Source of the DNA: an uncultured Anaerolineales bacterium
Lineage (GTDB): Bacteria; Planctomycetota; Phycisphaerae; FEN-1346
DNA length: 64,000 bases
Assembly: GCA_964461715.1 (NCBI GenBank)
Contig: CAYWVR010000005.1
Coordinates: forward strand, 3,717-67,716
Direction: 5' to 3'
Part shown: piece by piece, positions 28,213-38,700 of the stretch
Layout: every line of letters begins with the position of its first letter
Numbering within the stretch: position 1 is the first letter of the stretch
Program-made: the position numbers and the translations under genes
Notes under the pieces: generated by a model
What the model was told of the DNA's origin: nothing
Seen by the model: only the letters and a program-made list of their open reading frames with translations
Databases searched by the model: none

Positions 28213-28558
28213 GCCAAAGAATCCTACGCACCGGGAGCGGCGGATGCAAGACGATGTGGCCGCACGGACGCGCCGACCGCTACGGGTGGGGGGCAGACAA
28301 TCGTGCGATCCCCACCCCTGGTGTCCATCTTGCCCTAGCCCCGCACCTTACCTAAACCCCCGCGACCCCCCATTATTCTGCTTTGTTGGCTTTTTCTCTT
28401 GCAAAAGCGCATTTCCTACTTAAGCTATCTTACCTAGAGTGACGATAAAGTGGGGGCAGGGGGTTCATGTCGAAGGCCTGGGGGCACAGTCGCCGCAGGG
28501 GCGTACGGGAAAACGCCCTCGGGTTGATCGACGGTCGAGCGAGTCGGGAGGACGGACA

Positions 28559-29386
28559 ATGGCCTCAACCCAAGCCGAAGCGCACGCTTGGCAGCCCACG
28601 ACAGAACTGACGGATGAGGAGGTGGCTCAAGCCTGGAAACGGCACTGGCGGCGGCCGACCGACGACACCCGCAACGCCCTCATGGAACATTATCTTCCGG
28701 TTGTGAAATATACGGGCGAATGGCTGGCCACGCGGCTCCCGAAGGAGGTCGAGACGGACGACATCATCTCGGCCGGCATCGAGGGCCTCAGGCGGGCGAT
28801 CGACTCGTTCGACCCGGACCGGGGCGTCAAGTTCGAGACATACTGCTCGGCCCGCGTGCGCGGGGCGGTCCTCGACGCTCTCCGCCGCATGGACTGGGTG
28901 CCCCGTCTCGTCCGGGCGCGGGCCAACAAACTCGCCCGCTCCCGCGACCATCTCCAGGGCCAACTCGGCCGCAGCCCGACGGACCAGGAGCTGGCGGCGT
29001 ACATGGGGCTGTCGAAGAAGAAATACCGGAAAGTGACCCGCGACGCGGCCGCCACCGGCCTTGTGAGCCTCGATCGCTGCTGCCACGAGGACGACGGCGG
29101 CCGCGAGCTGCATGAGAACGACTTCGTCGTCAACCCCCACACGTCCGTGCCCGAGGCGAAGCTTCAGGAGACGGACCTGCGGATGTTGGTGACGCGGGGC
29201 CTGTCGAAGACGGAGCGTCTGGTCCTGACGCTTTACTACTACGAAGAGATGACGATGAAGGAGGTCGGGGCGGTGCTGGACATGAGCGAGTCCCGCGTGA
29301 GCCAGATTCACTCCTCGATCATCAACCGTCTTCGGTCGAAGCTGGGCGACCGGGCGTTCGAGTTCCTTCCCGCGCAGGCGGTCTGA
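28559..29386 (+). CDS. fliA: RNA polymerase sigma factor, FliA/WhiG (sigma-28) family
   Basis: Sigma-70 regions 2, 3 and 4 (YLPVVKYTGEW, ETYCSARVRGAVLDALR, LSKTERLVLTLYYYEEMTMKEVGAVLDMSESRVSQIH). GGAG 9 nt upstream of ATG 28559. Confidence 0.8.
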   Translation: MASTQAEAHAWQPTTELTDEEVAQAWKRHWRRPTDDTRNALMEHYLPVVKYTGEWLATRLPKEVETDDIISAGIEGLRRAIDSFDPDRGVKFETYCSARVRGAVLDALRRMDWVPRLVRARANKLARSRDHLQGQLGRSPTDQELAAYMGLSKKKYRKVTRDAAATGLVSLDRCCHEDDGGRELHENDFVVNPHTSVPEAKLQETDLRMLVTRGLSKTERLVLTLYYYEEMTMKEVGAVLDMSESRVSQIHSSIINRLRSKLGDRAFEFLPAQAV

Positions 29387-29573
29387 GCCTCCATGGCCGG
29401 GGCCCCCGCGGTCCCGGGCGCCGGGAGGGTCTGGGGTGGCGGGGCGCCGGTCCCCGGCGTACGCGCCGGCCACCCCCGGTTTTTGCTTGCATTTCCCCCC
29501 TCGGCCCGGAATCTTAGCCGTCCATTCGGCGATTCCTTTGTCCGGGCGACTGCTGAGGAAGGGGCCCCGTCTC

Positions 29574-31454
29574 ATGACCACCGACCAGGCCGGCGTATTG
29601 GTACCGGAGGCGCGCGAGGGAGGCGAACGGCGGTTCCTCTTTGTCGCGTGTTTCGTTGCCCTGGTGGCGACAAGCTTCGCGTTCATCATCCGTGTCATGC
29701 TGATGGACCAGTGGCAGATCGACTTCGGTCTCAGCGAGACGCAGAAGGGCGAGATTTTCGGGGCGGGCATGTGGCCGTTCGGCCTCTCGATCGTGCTGTT
29801 CAGCCTGGTCATCGACAAGGTCGGGTACGGCCGATCGATGATCTTCGCCTTCGCCTGTCACTTCGTCTCGGCGTTCCTGATGATGTTCGCCGAGGGGTAC
29901 TGGTGGCTCTATGCCGGGTCGATCCTGAACGGCCTGGCCGCCGGGACGGTCGAGGCGGTCATCAACCCGGCCATCGCCAGCATGTACCCGAAGAAGAAGA
30001 CGACGATGCTGACGATTCTGCACGCGGGGTGGCCGGGCGGTTTCGTGCTGGGCGGCATCACGATCTTTATCCTTCGAGCCCTGGGCGTCGCCGACTGGCG
30101 GGTCAACGTGGGCATCATCCTGGTCCCGACCGTCCTTTACGGCGTGATGCTCCTGAAGGCGAAGTTCCCCGTTTCGGAGCGGGTGGTGGCGGGGGTTACC
30201 TACCGCGACATGCTGAAGGAAGCCGGGGCCATCGGCTGGCTGATCGTGGTGTACCTGATCTGCATGGAGATCAACCGCGTTGCGGGGCTGGGGAACCTCG
30301 TCGACACGACCTTCTTCGACTTGCCGTCGCTGCCGATGACGATCGTCATCGTCGTGCTGACCTTCGCCTATCTGATCTACACGCAGTCGGCCGGTCGCCC
30401 GATGTACATCTTCCTCCTGCTGGTCATGATCCTCCTGGCGATTACGGAGCTGGGTACGGACACGTGGATCAAGGAGTTGATGGGCCCGTCGATGGAGGGC
30501 CTGCGCATCGACGCCGGGTGGGTGCTGGTGTACACGGCGACGATCATGATGGTCCTTCGGTTCTGTATCGCGCCCATCGTCAAGGTGTTGAAGCCCCTCG
30601 GGGTCCTCTTCGCGAGCGCGCTTCTGGCGGCCTGCGGCCTGTATTTCCTCTCGACGGTCGAGGGGGTCATGATCCTCGTCATGGCCACCATCTACGGCAC
30701 GGGGCAGTGCTTCTTCTGGCCGGTCACGCTGGGCCTGGTGGCGGAGCAGTTCCCGAGGGGCGGGGCCCTGACGCTGAACGCCATCGCGGGGGTCGGCATG
30801 CTCGGCGTCGGCATCCTGGGGAGCCAGCTTCTCGGCTTCTGGCAGGACACGAGTATCGACGCCCAGCTCGACGATCAGCCGGTCGTCCGCGAGGAGTACA
30901 TGGGCGAGGATTCCAAGCAGAGCATCTTCGGCAACTACCGGGCCCTGGACGTCCGCGAAGTCAACGAGATGAACGACACGATGGCCCTCTATGAGTATCG
31001 CCGGGACAAGGCCAAGGAGATGGCCGGCGCCCCCGCCGACGAGGCGATCACGGCGGCCTTGGCCGACGACCCGCTCTACCAGACGCTCGTCCGCAAGGCC
31101 TACAACCATCTCGTGCGTCCCGAGGGCGATACGGAGGAGAAGACGTTCGCCGAAATGCACGCGGCCCTGGAAGCGAACGACATCTTCATCGGCGAGCAGC
31201 AGTACGCCGAGTTCCAGGACGAGAAGAAGGTCCTCGACGAGGTCCGGGCCGACGCCAAACGCGACGCCATGAAGAGCGTCGCCGTCCTCCCCCTCATCAT
31301 GGCCGCCTGCTACCTGGGCCTGATCCTCTACTTCCGCGCTAAGGGCGGATACAAGGCCGTCGAGCTGACGCTCACCGGCGCCGAGGACGGCGGGACCCAC
31401 GAGCCGACCGCCGAGGAGTTCGAGGAGGACGCCGAGAAGGGGCCGCAGCGGTAA
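29574..31454 (+). CDS. MFS-type transporter with long hydrophilic C-terminal tail
   Basis: 12+ predicted TM helices and MFS-like loop motifs. Acidic C-terminal tail of about 150 aa. Start at ATG 29574, preceded by GAGGAAGGGG. Confidence 0.75.
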   Translation: MTTDQAGVLVPEAREGGERRFLFVACFVALVATSFAFIIRVMLMDQWQIDFGLSETQKGEIFGAGMWPFGLSIVLFSLVIDKVGYGRSMIFAFACHFVSAFLMMFAEGYWWLYAGSILNGLAAGTVEAVINPAIASMYPKKKTTMLTILHAGWPGGFVLGGITIFILRALGVADWRVNVGIILVPTVLYGVMLLKAKFPVSERVVAGVTYRDMLKEAGAIGWLIVVYLICMEINRVAGLGNLVDTTFFDLPSLPMTIVIVVLTFAYLIYTQSAGRPMYIFLLLVMILLAITELGTDTWIKELMGPSMEGLRIDAGWVLVYTATIMMVLRFCIAPIVKVLKPLGVLFASALLAACGLYFLSTVEGVMILVMATIYGTGQCFFWPVTLGLVAEQFPRGGALTLNAIAGVGMLGVGILGSQLLGFWQDTSIDAQLDDQPVVREEYMGEDSKQSIFGNYRALDVREVNEMNDTMALYEYRRDKAKEMAGAPADEAITAALADDPLYQTLVRKAYNHLVRPEGDTEEKTFAEMHAALEANDIFIGEQQYAEFQDEKKVLDEVRADAKRDAMKSVAVLPLIMAACYLGLILYFRAKGGYKAVELTLTGAEDGGTHEPTAEEFEEDAEKGPQR

Positions 31455-31479
31455 CGCGGCCATCGACGCATCGTGCAGG

Positions 31480-31523
31480 AAAAAGAGCGGGGCGACCCTT
31501 CCGGGGCCGCCCCGCTTTGCTTG
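31480..31523. terminator. Bidirectional intrinsic terminator between convergent genes
   Basis: AAAAAG - AGCGGGGCG - 13-nt loop - CGCCCCGCT - TTGCTTG. 9-bp GC stem flanked by an A-tract and a T-tract, lying between the MFS (+) and ThuA-like (-) stops. Confidence 0.55.
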
Positions 31524-31544
31524 ACGCGCGAATCCGCAGAAGGC

Positions 31545-33083
31545 CTACTCCTCCTCCTTCTTCTCCCCGTCCAGGACCTGAATCTTCACGTTCCGGTACA
31601 TCACCTTCGCGCGGTGGTCCTGGAAACCGATGTGCCCGTCGCGTTTGAAGTCCTTGAGGGCGGTCTTGAACTTGTTCTTCGAGCCGTCGGGGTTCTTGCG
31701 CGGCTCGGTCCACTGATCGAGGTCCATCTCGTTGATCGTCTCGCCGTTCATCTCGACCGACAGCACGTTGTCCTTGGCGGTGATGACGACCTTGTTCCAG
31801 TCGTCGGTGGCGGTGCACGTGGTGGGGGCCTTGAGGTCATAGAACGCCCCGACGTCCGTATCGCCCGGATTCTCCACGGGCTTGTGGACCTGGATCTCGA
31901 TGCCCGTCTGGACGTTGTTCTGCGGGTTGTCGGTGCGGATGAAGATGCCGGAGTTGCCCGTGGTTTTGAACTCCAGGGCGAGGACGAAGTCGCCGTAGCG
32001 GCCCTCCGTCCAGATGTCCCCGCCGCCCTTGCCCGCGAGGACCATGGCCCCGTCCTCGACCTTCCAGGTGTCGCCGGGCTTCTCGCCCTTTTTGTTCGTC
32101 CAGCCGTCGAGGCTCTTGCCGTTGAACAGGACGGTCCACTCGCCGTCCTTGCCGCCGCCGAACGGCTCGCCTTCCTCGATCGGGGCAGCAAAGATGCGCA
32201 TCCCGGCGGGCGTGAGAAATGCCTTGGCGGCCACCTTCGCGCTGGGCGTCGCGTCGGCCTCCAGGTCGCCCATCGCGTACTGGATGCCGTCCAGGTAGAA
32301 CTGGAGCAGGTCGGGCGTCCAGAAGATGTGGTGGTTGTGGCCCAGGGAGCAGTAGAAGATGCGGCCCTTGCCGAGCTCCTTGATCCAGGCGACGGCGTAG
32401 TCGTTGTCCTCGCGTTTGCCCTTCTTCTCGGTCTTCTCCATGTCCAGGGCCAGCAGCACCCGTAGTTTGTCGCGGCTGTAGAGGTCGCCGAAGGCGTAGA
32501 TCTCGTCCTTGACCATGAACCCCTGGCCCTTGAAGACCTGGGTTAGGGCGTGGTCGGGGTCGTCGATCTTGACGCCGACCGTGCTGCCGGAGCCCCACGG
32601 GTGGCTTTTGAAGGTCCCGCCAAAAATCTGGCCGTACTCGCCGTCGGTGGCCGCGTGGATGCCCACCAGCCCGCCGCCCTCTTTCACGTACGTCTCGAGG
32701 GCCGCAATCGTGGGATCGTCCTTTTTGAAGCGGCTGGTGGCGTTGTTGATGCAGACGGCGTCGAAGGCCTTGAGCTTCTCGGGCACGAGCATCGTCTCGT
32801 CGTCGGTGACCGTGACGGTGAAGGCCCCGGTCTTCTCGCCCAGGATCTCCATGGCCTTGGCGCCGATGCCGATGGAGCCGTGCCGGAAGCCCTGACACTT
32901 GTTGTAGACGAGCATGGTGCGGCCCTGGGCGGGCTCAGCGCGGGCTTTCTCGGGCGCCGCCTCGCGGACTTTCTGAATCTCCACCTCCTTGACCGGTCTC
33001 GGGGCCTTGCCCGCCAGGCATGCCGGCCCCACGGCCGCCAGCACGAGGCCTGCCAGGACCGGCAGCGAAAGTGTGGGTCGCAT
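31545..33083 (-). CDS. Secreted ThuA-like (class I glutamine amidotransferase-like) domain fused to DUF1080 (3-keto-disaccharide hydrolase/LamG-like) domain
   Basis: Signal peptide MRPTLSLPVLAGLVLAAVGPAC. ThuA-like core (IFYCSLGHNHHIFWTP). C-terminal LFNGKSLDGW...GDFVLALEF...NSGIFIR, typical of DUF1080. The ORF-track N-terminal extension to 34187 overlaps pyrF on the other strand and was rejected. Confidence 0.75.
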   Translation of the reverse strand: MRPTLSLPVLAGLVLAAVGPACLAGKAPRPVKEVEIQKVREAAPEKARAEPAQGRTMLVYNKCQGFRHGSIGIGAKAMEILGEKTGAFTVTVTDDETMLVPEKLKAFDAVCINNATSRFKKDDPTIAALETYVKEGGGLVGIHAATDGEYGQIFGGTFKSHPWGSGSTVGVKIDDPDHALTQVFKGQGFMVKDEIYAFGDLYSRDKLRVLLALDMEKTEKKGKREDNDYAVAWIKELGKGRIFYCSLGHNHHIFWTPDLLQFYLDGIQYAMGDLEADATPSAKVAAKAFLTPAGMRIFAAPIEEGEPFGGGKDGEWTVLFNGKSLDGWTNKKGEKPGDTWKVEDGAMVLAGKGGGDIWTEGRYGDFVLALEFKTTGNSGIFIRTDNPQNNVQTGIEIQVHKPVENPGDTDVGAFYDLKAPTTCTATDDWNKVVITAKDNVLSVEMNGETINEMDLDQWTEPRKNPDGSKNKFKTALKDFKRDGHIGFQDHRAKVMYRNVKIQVLDGEKKEEE

Positions 33084-33323
33084 CAGGCGTCTCCTTCTGT
33101 CTCCGCAGTTCGAGAGGTGGCCGCGTCCCTTGAGCGGCGTATGTCCCTCTAACCGTGCCCTGACCGACCGGGTTCCGTCCGAATCGGCTCGCGGACTCTT
33201 GTGGTCATCGTTCGACAAGGGGAAATCCCTTGCATCCGGCGGGTCTGGCCGATAGACTTCCCCACTTCCATACGCGGGCGGAGGGCCCGCTTGGCGCGAC
33301 CCTGAACGGCACTGGAGAGAGCC

Positions 33324-34286
33324 GTGGCTCAACACTTTGCGGACCGCATGATCGATGGCATTGCGCAGAAGCAAGCGCCCCTGTGCATCGGCCTCGACCC
33401 GATGTACGAGCGGCTGCCGAAACAGATTCGCGAGATCGCCTCGTCGACGCGCGGCACGCTGAGCGAGCAGGCCGCCGGGGCCCGCGAGTTCTGCCAGAGC
33501 GTCATCGACATCGTCGCCGAGCAGGTCCCGTGCGTCAAGCTCCAGAGCGCGTACTTCGAGCGATGCGGACCCACCGGCATGCGGGCCTACTTCGAGGTGG
33601 CCGACTACGCCCAGGAGTGCGGCCTGATCGTTATCGGCGACGTCAAGCGGGCCGACATCGGCTCCACCGCCGAGGCTTACGCGGACGCCCACCTCGAAGA
33701 GGTCTACGTCGGCGAGGGCGACCAGGAACGGGCCGTCACCGTCGACGCCGTCACCGTCAATCCCTACTTTGGCATCGACGGGGTCCAGCCTTTCATCGAG
33801 CGGGCGAAGGAAGGGGGGCGCGGCGTCCTCGTGGTCGTGCGGACCTCGAATCCCTCGGCGACCGACTTTCAGGACTTCCGCGACGACGAGGGGTTCCGCG
33901 TCTTCGAGCGGATCGCCGAACGCGTCAACGACTGGGCCAACCAGGCCGGCTGCGTCGGCGACTCCGGCTATAGCCTCGTCGGCGCCGTCGCTGCCGCCAC
34001 CTATCCCGAGGACACCGAGAAGCTCCGGGCCATGATGCCCAACAGTCTCATGCTGGTGCCGGGCGTCGGGGCGCAGGGCGGCGATATCGGCGGCGCGACC
34101 CGCGCGTTCCACGACGACGGGTGGGGCGCCCTGGTCACCCTCTCGCGCAGCGTCATCTACGCCTGGGAACGCGACGAGTACAAGCACCTCGGCGAGGTCA
34201 ACTGGGAAGAGGCCATCGAGGTCGCGGTCATCGAGACGAAGAAGGCCCTGGCCGACGCCCTCGTCCGCCGCGCCGCCACCGTCTGA
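33324..34286 (+). CDS. pyrF: Orotidine 5'-phosphate decarboxylase, type 2
   Basis: LCIGLDP, GLIVIGDVKRADIGST and later blocks characteristic of the long (type 2) PyrF. Confidence 0.85.
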   Translation: MAQHFADRMIDGIAQKQAPLCIGLDPMYERLPKQIREIASSTRGTLSEQAAGAREFCQSVIDIVAEQVPCVKLQSAYFERCGPTGMRAYFEVADYAQECGLIVIGDVKRADIGSTAEAYADAHLEEVYVGEGDQERAVTVDAVTVNPYFGIDGVQPFIERAKEGGRGVLVVVRTSNPSATDFQDFRDDEGFRVFERIAERVNDWANQAGCVGDSGYSLVGAVAAATYPEDTEKLRAMMPNSLMLVPGVGAQGGDIGGATRAFHDDGWGALVTLSRSVIYAWERDEYKHLGEVNWEEAIEVAVIETKKALADALVRRAATV

Positions 34287-34321
34287 CCACGCCTCGAATT
34301 GGCCGTGCTTCAGGATGCCGG

Positions 34322-35755
34322 ATGGAGGCGACGGACAACTCCCGGACCCGTGACTCGCGATCCTCCGCGCCGCGCGGACCTTCGCGCGGCCGAGCCACGG
34401 TGATGGGCCTCGGCCTGTTCGGGGGCGGCGTGGGGGCCGCCCGGTGGCTCGCCCGGCGCGGATGGAACGTTACCGTCACGGACCTCAAGGACGCCGCCTC
34501 CCTCGACCCCAGCCTCCGCGCCCTCGAAGGCCTGCCTTTGACGTACCGTCTCGGCGGCCACGATCCGGCCGACTTCACCTCGGCCGACCTCGTCGTCGTC
34601 AATCCCGCCGTCCGGCGCGATGCCGAGCTCCTGGCCCTGGCCGCGCGGTCCGGAGCGACGTTGACCAGCGAGATCGCCCTGTTCGTCGAGCACTGCCCGG
34701 CCCGCATCGTGGGGGTCACGGGCACCCGCGGAAAGAGCACCGTCACCACGCTCCTTGCCGACATCGTCGGCCGCGTCATGCCCACCCGGATGGGCGGCAA
34801 CATCGGCCGCAGCCTTCTGGACGAGCTGGACGAGATCGGGCCCGAAGAGACGATCGTCCTGGAGCTCTCCAGTTTCCAGCTCCACGACCCGGGGCGTCTC
34901 GAATGGAGCCCCCGGGTGGCCGTGGTCACGAACGTCAGTCCCAACCACCTCGACTGGCACGGGACGATGGAGGCGTACGTCGCGGCGAAGTGGGAGATCG
35001 TCCGTCACCAGGGCCCCGACGACCTCGCCGTCCTGAACGCCGACGACCCGGAGGTGGCGGCCTGGGCCGAAGCCGCGCCCGGTCGCGTGCTCACGTACTC
35101 GGCCGAAGGGCGTCCGGCCGACGTGCGGGCCGAGGGCGACGTCGTCGTCTTCGGCCCGAGTCTGGTCCCGGAGGAGGAGCGGCTTGACCTGGCCGGGCGG
35201 CTGCATCTTCGCGGGCGGCACAACGTGGCCAACGTGCTGGCGGCGGCGACGGCGGCCCGGGCCCTGGGAGCGGGGCTCGTGGCGATCGCCGAGGCCGTCC
35301 ACGCTCTGCGCCCGCTTCCGCATCGGCTCGAAACGGTCGGACGGCGCGGCGAGGTCCTCTTCGTGGACGATTCCAAGGCCACCACGCCCGAGGCCGCCCG
35401 CGCGGCCCTGGAGGCCTTCGAGCAACCGGTCGTTCTCATCGCGGGCGGCTACGACAAGCGCACGGACCCCTCCCCGATGCTTGAGGCGGCGCGGGAGCGG
35501 GCACGGGCCGTCGTCCTGATCGGCGCCACCGCCGACGCGATCGCCGAGGCCCTGCGAACCGGCGGGCCGCCCGTCGAGCGGACCGGTTCCATGGAGGAGG
35601 CCGTCGCGCGGGCCGTGGCCTGGGCCGAGCCGGGCGACGTCGTATTGCTGGCCCCGGGACACGCCAGTTGGGACATGTTCGAGAACTATGAGGCGCGCGG
35701 CCGGGCCTTCCGGCGCGCCGCCGAGGCCGCGGGCATGGTGCCCGAGGTCCTGTGA
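34322..35755 (+). CDS. murD: UDP-N-acetylmuramoyl-L-alanine--D-glutamate ligase
   Basis: N-terminal GLGLFGGGVG Rossmann. Mur ligase P-loop GTRGKST. SPNHLDWHG and the C-terminal domain. Start uncertain (34322 ATG or a later start near 34403). Confidence 0.8.
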   Translation: MEATDNSRTRDSRSSAPRGPSRGRATVMGLGLFGGGVGAARWLARRGWNVTVTDLKDAASLDPSLRALEGLPLTYRLGGHDPADFTSADLVVVNPAVRRDAELLALAARSGATLTSEIALFVEHCPARIVGVTGTRGKSTVTTLLADIVGRVMPTRMGGNIGRSLLDELDEIGPEETIVLELSSFQLHDPGRLEWSPRVAVVTNVSPNHLDWHGTMEAYVAAKWEIVRHQGPDDLAVLNADDPEVAAWAEAAPGRVLTYSAEGRPADVRAEGDVVVFGPSLVPEEERLDLAGRLHLRGRHNVANVLAAATAARALGAGLVAIAEAVHALRPLPHRLETVGRRGEVLFVDDSKATTPEAARAALEAFEQPVVLIAGGYDKRTDPSPMLEAARERARAVVLIGATADAIAEALRTGGPPVERTGSMEEAVARAVAWAEPGDVVLLAPGHASWDMFENYEARGRAFRRAAEAAGMVPEVL

Positions 35756-35770
35756 GGGCAAGGGGTTCGG

Positions 35771-38700
35771 ATGGACCTGCTGAGGAAATTCGAGGAAGGC
35801 GGGCATAACGGCCGCGAGGTGCGGCCCACCACCTTCTGGTCATGGAACGACCGGCTGGACTCGGAAGAGGTGCGGCGGCAAATCCGCGAGATGGCCAAGG
35901 CGGGCTTGGGCGGCCACTTCATGCACGCCCGGCGGGGCCTGAAGACGCCCTACCTGGGGCCCGAGTGGATGGACGCCGTCCGCGCCGCCGTCGACGAGGC
36001 ACGCCACACCGGCGTCACCCCCTGGCTCTACGACGAGGATTGCTGGCCGAGCGGCACATGCAGCGGCCGCGTCTACGACGGCCACGAGCAGTTCCAGGGC
36101 AAGCACCTTATGTACGAGGAGATTGACCCGTCGCGCTGGGAGATGAGCGAGCACACCGTCGCCGTCTACGTCGCCCGTCGCGAGGGCGAAGACGGCTACC
36201 GTGATTTCGAGCGCCTCGACGACCCGCACCGGGCGGCCTCGGCGAAGCTCGCCTCCGGCCAGGTCCTCCTGCACTTCGCGTACCGCATGGAGGAAGACGT
36301 GGACGTGCTGAACCGGGCGGCCACCGGCGAGTTCCTCAAACGCACCCATGAGGTCTATCGCGAGGCCGTGGGCCGCGAGTTCAGCCGCCTCATCCCCGGC
36401 ATCTTCACCGACGAGCCCATGTATGGCCGGGCCGGCCACCACGTGCCCTGGTCCACGGCCCTGCCGCGCTTCTACAACCGTTCCACCGGCGCGGACCTGC
36501 TGGACCATCTGCCGTCGCTGTTCTTTCCGGTGGGTGTGTGGCGTCAGGTGCGGTTCGATTTCTACGAGTCGCTGACGCGGCTGTTTCTCCTGGCGTGGAC
36601 GATGCCCGTCTACCAGTGGTGCGGGCGGAACCGGCTGGCCCTGACCGGCCACATGATGGCCGAGGATACGCTCCTCTCGCAGGTCCAGTTCCTCGGCGCC
36701 GCCATGCCGCACTACGAGTACATGCACATTCCCGGGATCGATCATCTGGGCCGCGGGCTGGGCAGCCCGGTCCTGGTGAAGCAGGCCGCCTCCGCCGCCG
36801 CCCAGCTCGGTCGCCGCCGCGTCCTCAGCGAGATGTTCGGGTGCTCGGGCTGGAACGTGAGCTTCGACGACCTTCGTTGGATTGCCGAGTGGCAGTTCGT
36901 CCTGGGCGTGAACCTCGTCTGTCAGCACTTGTCCTCCTACACGCTGGCCGGCGACCGCAAGCGCGACTTCCCGCCCAGCCTCCACTACCACCAGCCCTGG
37001 TGGCCCAACTACTGGCTGTGGAACGATTACGCGGGCCGGCTGTTGTCGGTGCTGACGGCGGGCGAGCCGGTGGTCGACGTCCTCGTCCTCCATCCGATCG
37101 CCTCGGCGTGGGCGGAGTTCTCGCCGCTCGATGCCGGGCCGGTCAAGGCCCTCGACGAGAAGCTGCGGCACCTGGTCGACACCCTCCTCGGCATGCACGC
37201 CGACTTCCATTTCGGCGACGAGCTGATCCTCGAGCGCCACGCCCGCGTCGAGAAGGGCGAGCTGATCGTGGGCCCGCGACGGTACCGCGCGGTGATCGTG
37301 CCGGACGCGACGACGCTCCGCAAGAGCACCGTCGACCTCCTGAAACGCTTTCGCCGCTCCAAAGGCAGGCTCGTCTTCGCCGGCCGCGTCCCGGAGACCG
37401 TCGACGGGGTCGCGTCGGACGATCCGGCGTCGCTGGCCCGCGGGGCGACGCGCCTCGACCCCGCCGCCAGCAAGGGACGGGCTTCCCTCAAACGCGCCGT
37501 CAAGCCCGGGGTCGCCGTCCTCGCCGGACGATCCAAGAGCGCCACCGGGGTCCTGGCCCAGTGGCGCACCGTCGGCAAGGACCAGGTCTTCTTCTTCCTC
37601 AACACCGAGCCGAAGGAGGTCAAGGCCACGGTCCGTGTGCCCGCGGTCGGGACGGTCGTCCGGATGGACCCCGCGACGGGCCGGAGCTGGGAGCTGGAGG
37701 CGAACAGCGCCAACGGCCGGTCCACCTCCACCTTCAAGCACGCCTTCGGGCCGCGAGAGAGCCTCCTGGTGCTGGTCCGGCCGAAGGGCGAACCGGTCGA
37801 CGCGTGGGAAGCGCCGGCGGCGCGGCCGTCGCGCCGCAAGGTGCTGGGGGGCAAGTGGGAAATCCGCCGCCGCGACCCGAATGCCCTTGTTCTCGACCGG
37901 GCCCGCTGGCGGACCGACGAGGGGGAGTACTCCGAGCCGATGGACGTCCGGGACATCCAGCAGACGCTCTTTCGGGCCGGGGCTCAGGAACGGATCGTCC
38001 TGAAGTACAAGTTTCACTGCCGCCTGTCGGACGTCAAGGGCCGCCGCTTCGAGTTGGTCATGGAGGACCCGGGGGCCTGCGAGATGTGGTTCGCCGGGAT
38101 GCGGACGCCCCTGACGGACGTCGGGTCCTACTGGGACAGTGCTTTCCGTCGGGTCGACGTCACCCCCTACGTCCGCAAGGGCGAGAACACGCTGGAGATT
38201 CGGCGGCCCTGGCACGTCGACCCCCACAAGCGGGCCTGCCTCCTGGGCCTGGCCAGCGGGTGGGAGGTTCGCACCGCCGTCCCCGACACCGAGGTCGAGG
38301 CCGTCTACGTCATCGGCGACTTTGGCGTCGCTTTCGAGGGCGGCACGGAACAAGGCGGCAACGACAGCCGTTGGATGAAGGGGCCGCCGGTCTTGGTCGA
38401 GGAGAGCGAGGCCGTTAATCCCGGCGACCTCCTCCGAAGTGGCTATCCGATGTTCGCCGGCTGCGTGACGCTCACGCGCGACGTTGTCCTTGACGCCGAG
38501 CCCGACTACGATGCCGTGCTCGAACTCCCGCCCTTCGGGGCCGTCACCGCCCGGGTCGAGGTCAACGGCCAGGAGGCCGGCCTCGTTTGGAAGACGCCGC
38601 GCACCGTCCCTGTCGGCGAGCTGCTCCAGAAGGGCTCGAATCGAATCCAGGTAACGCTGTCGACGAGTCTGCGGAACCTCCTCGGGCCGCATCACCACAA

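Noticed and set aside
28386..28404. Sigma-54-like TGGC...TTGC element upstream of fliA
   Set aside because: The GG to GC spacing is 11 nt rather than the strict 10 nt, so it is probably not an RpoN promoter.
29466..29486. CCGG-ccaccc-CCGG-TTTTTG downstream of fliA
   Set aside because: Only a 4-bp stem; too weak to call as an intrinsic terminator.
33084..34187. N-terminal 368-aa extension of the ThuA-DUF1080 ORF
   Set aside because: Antisense to pyrF. A signal peptide begins at the internal Met (about 33083), so the real start is there. Note that my manual base count around 33060 was off by one relative to the ORF track; I trusted the track's frame.
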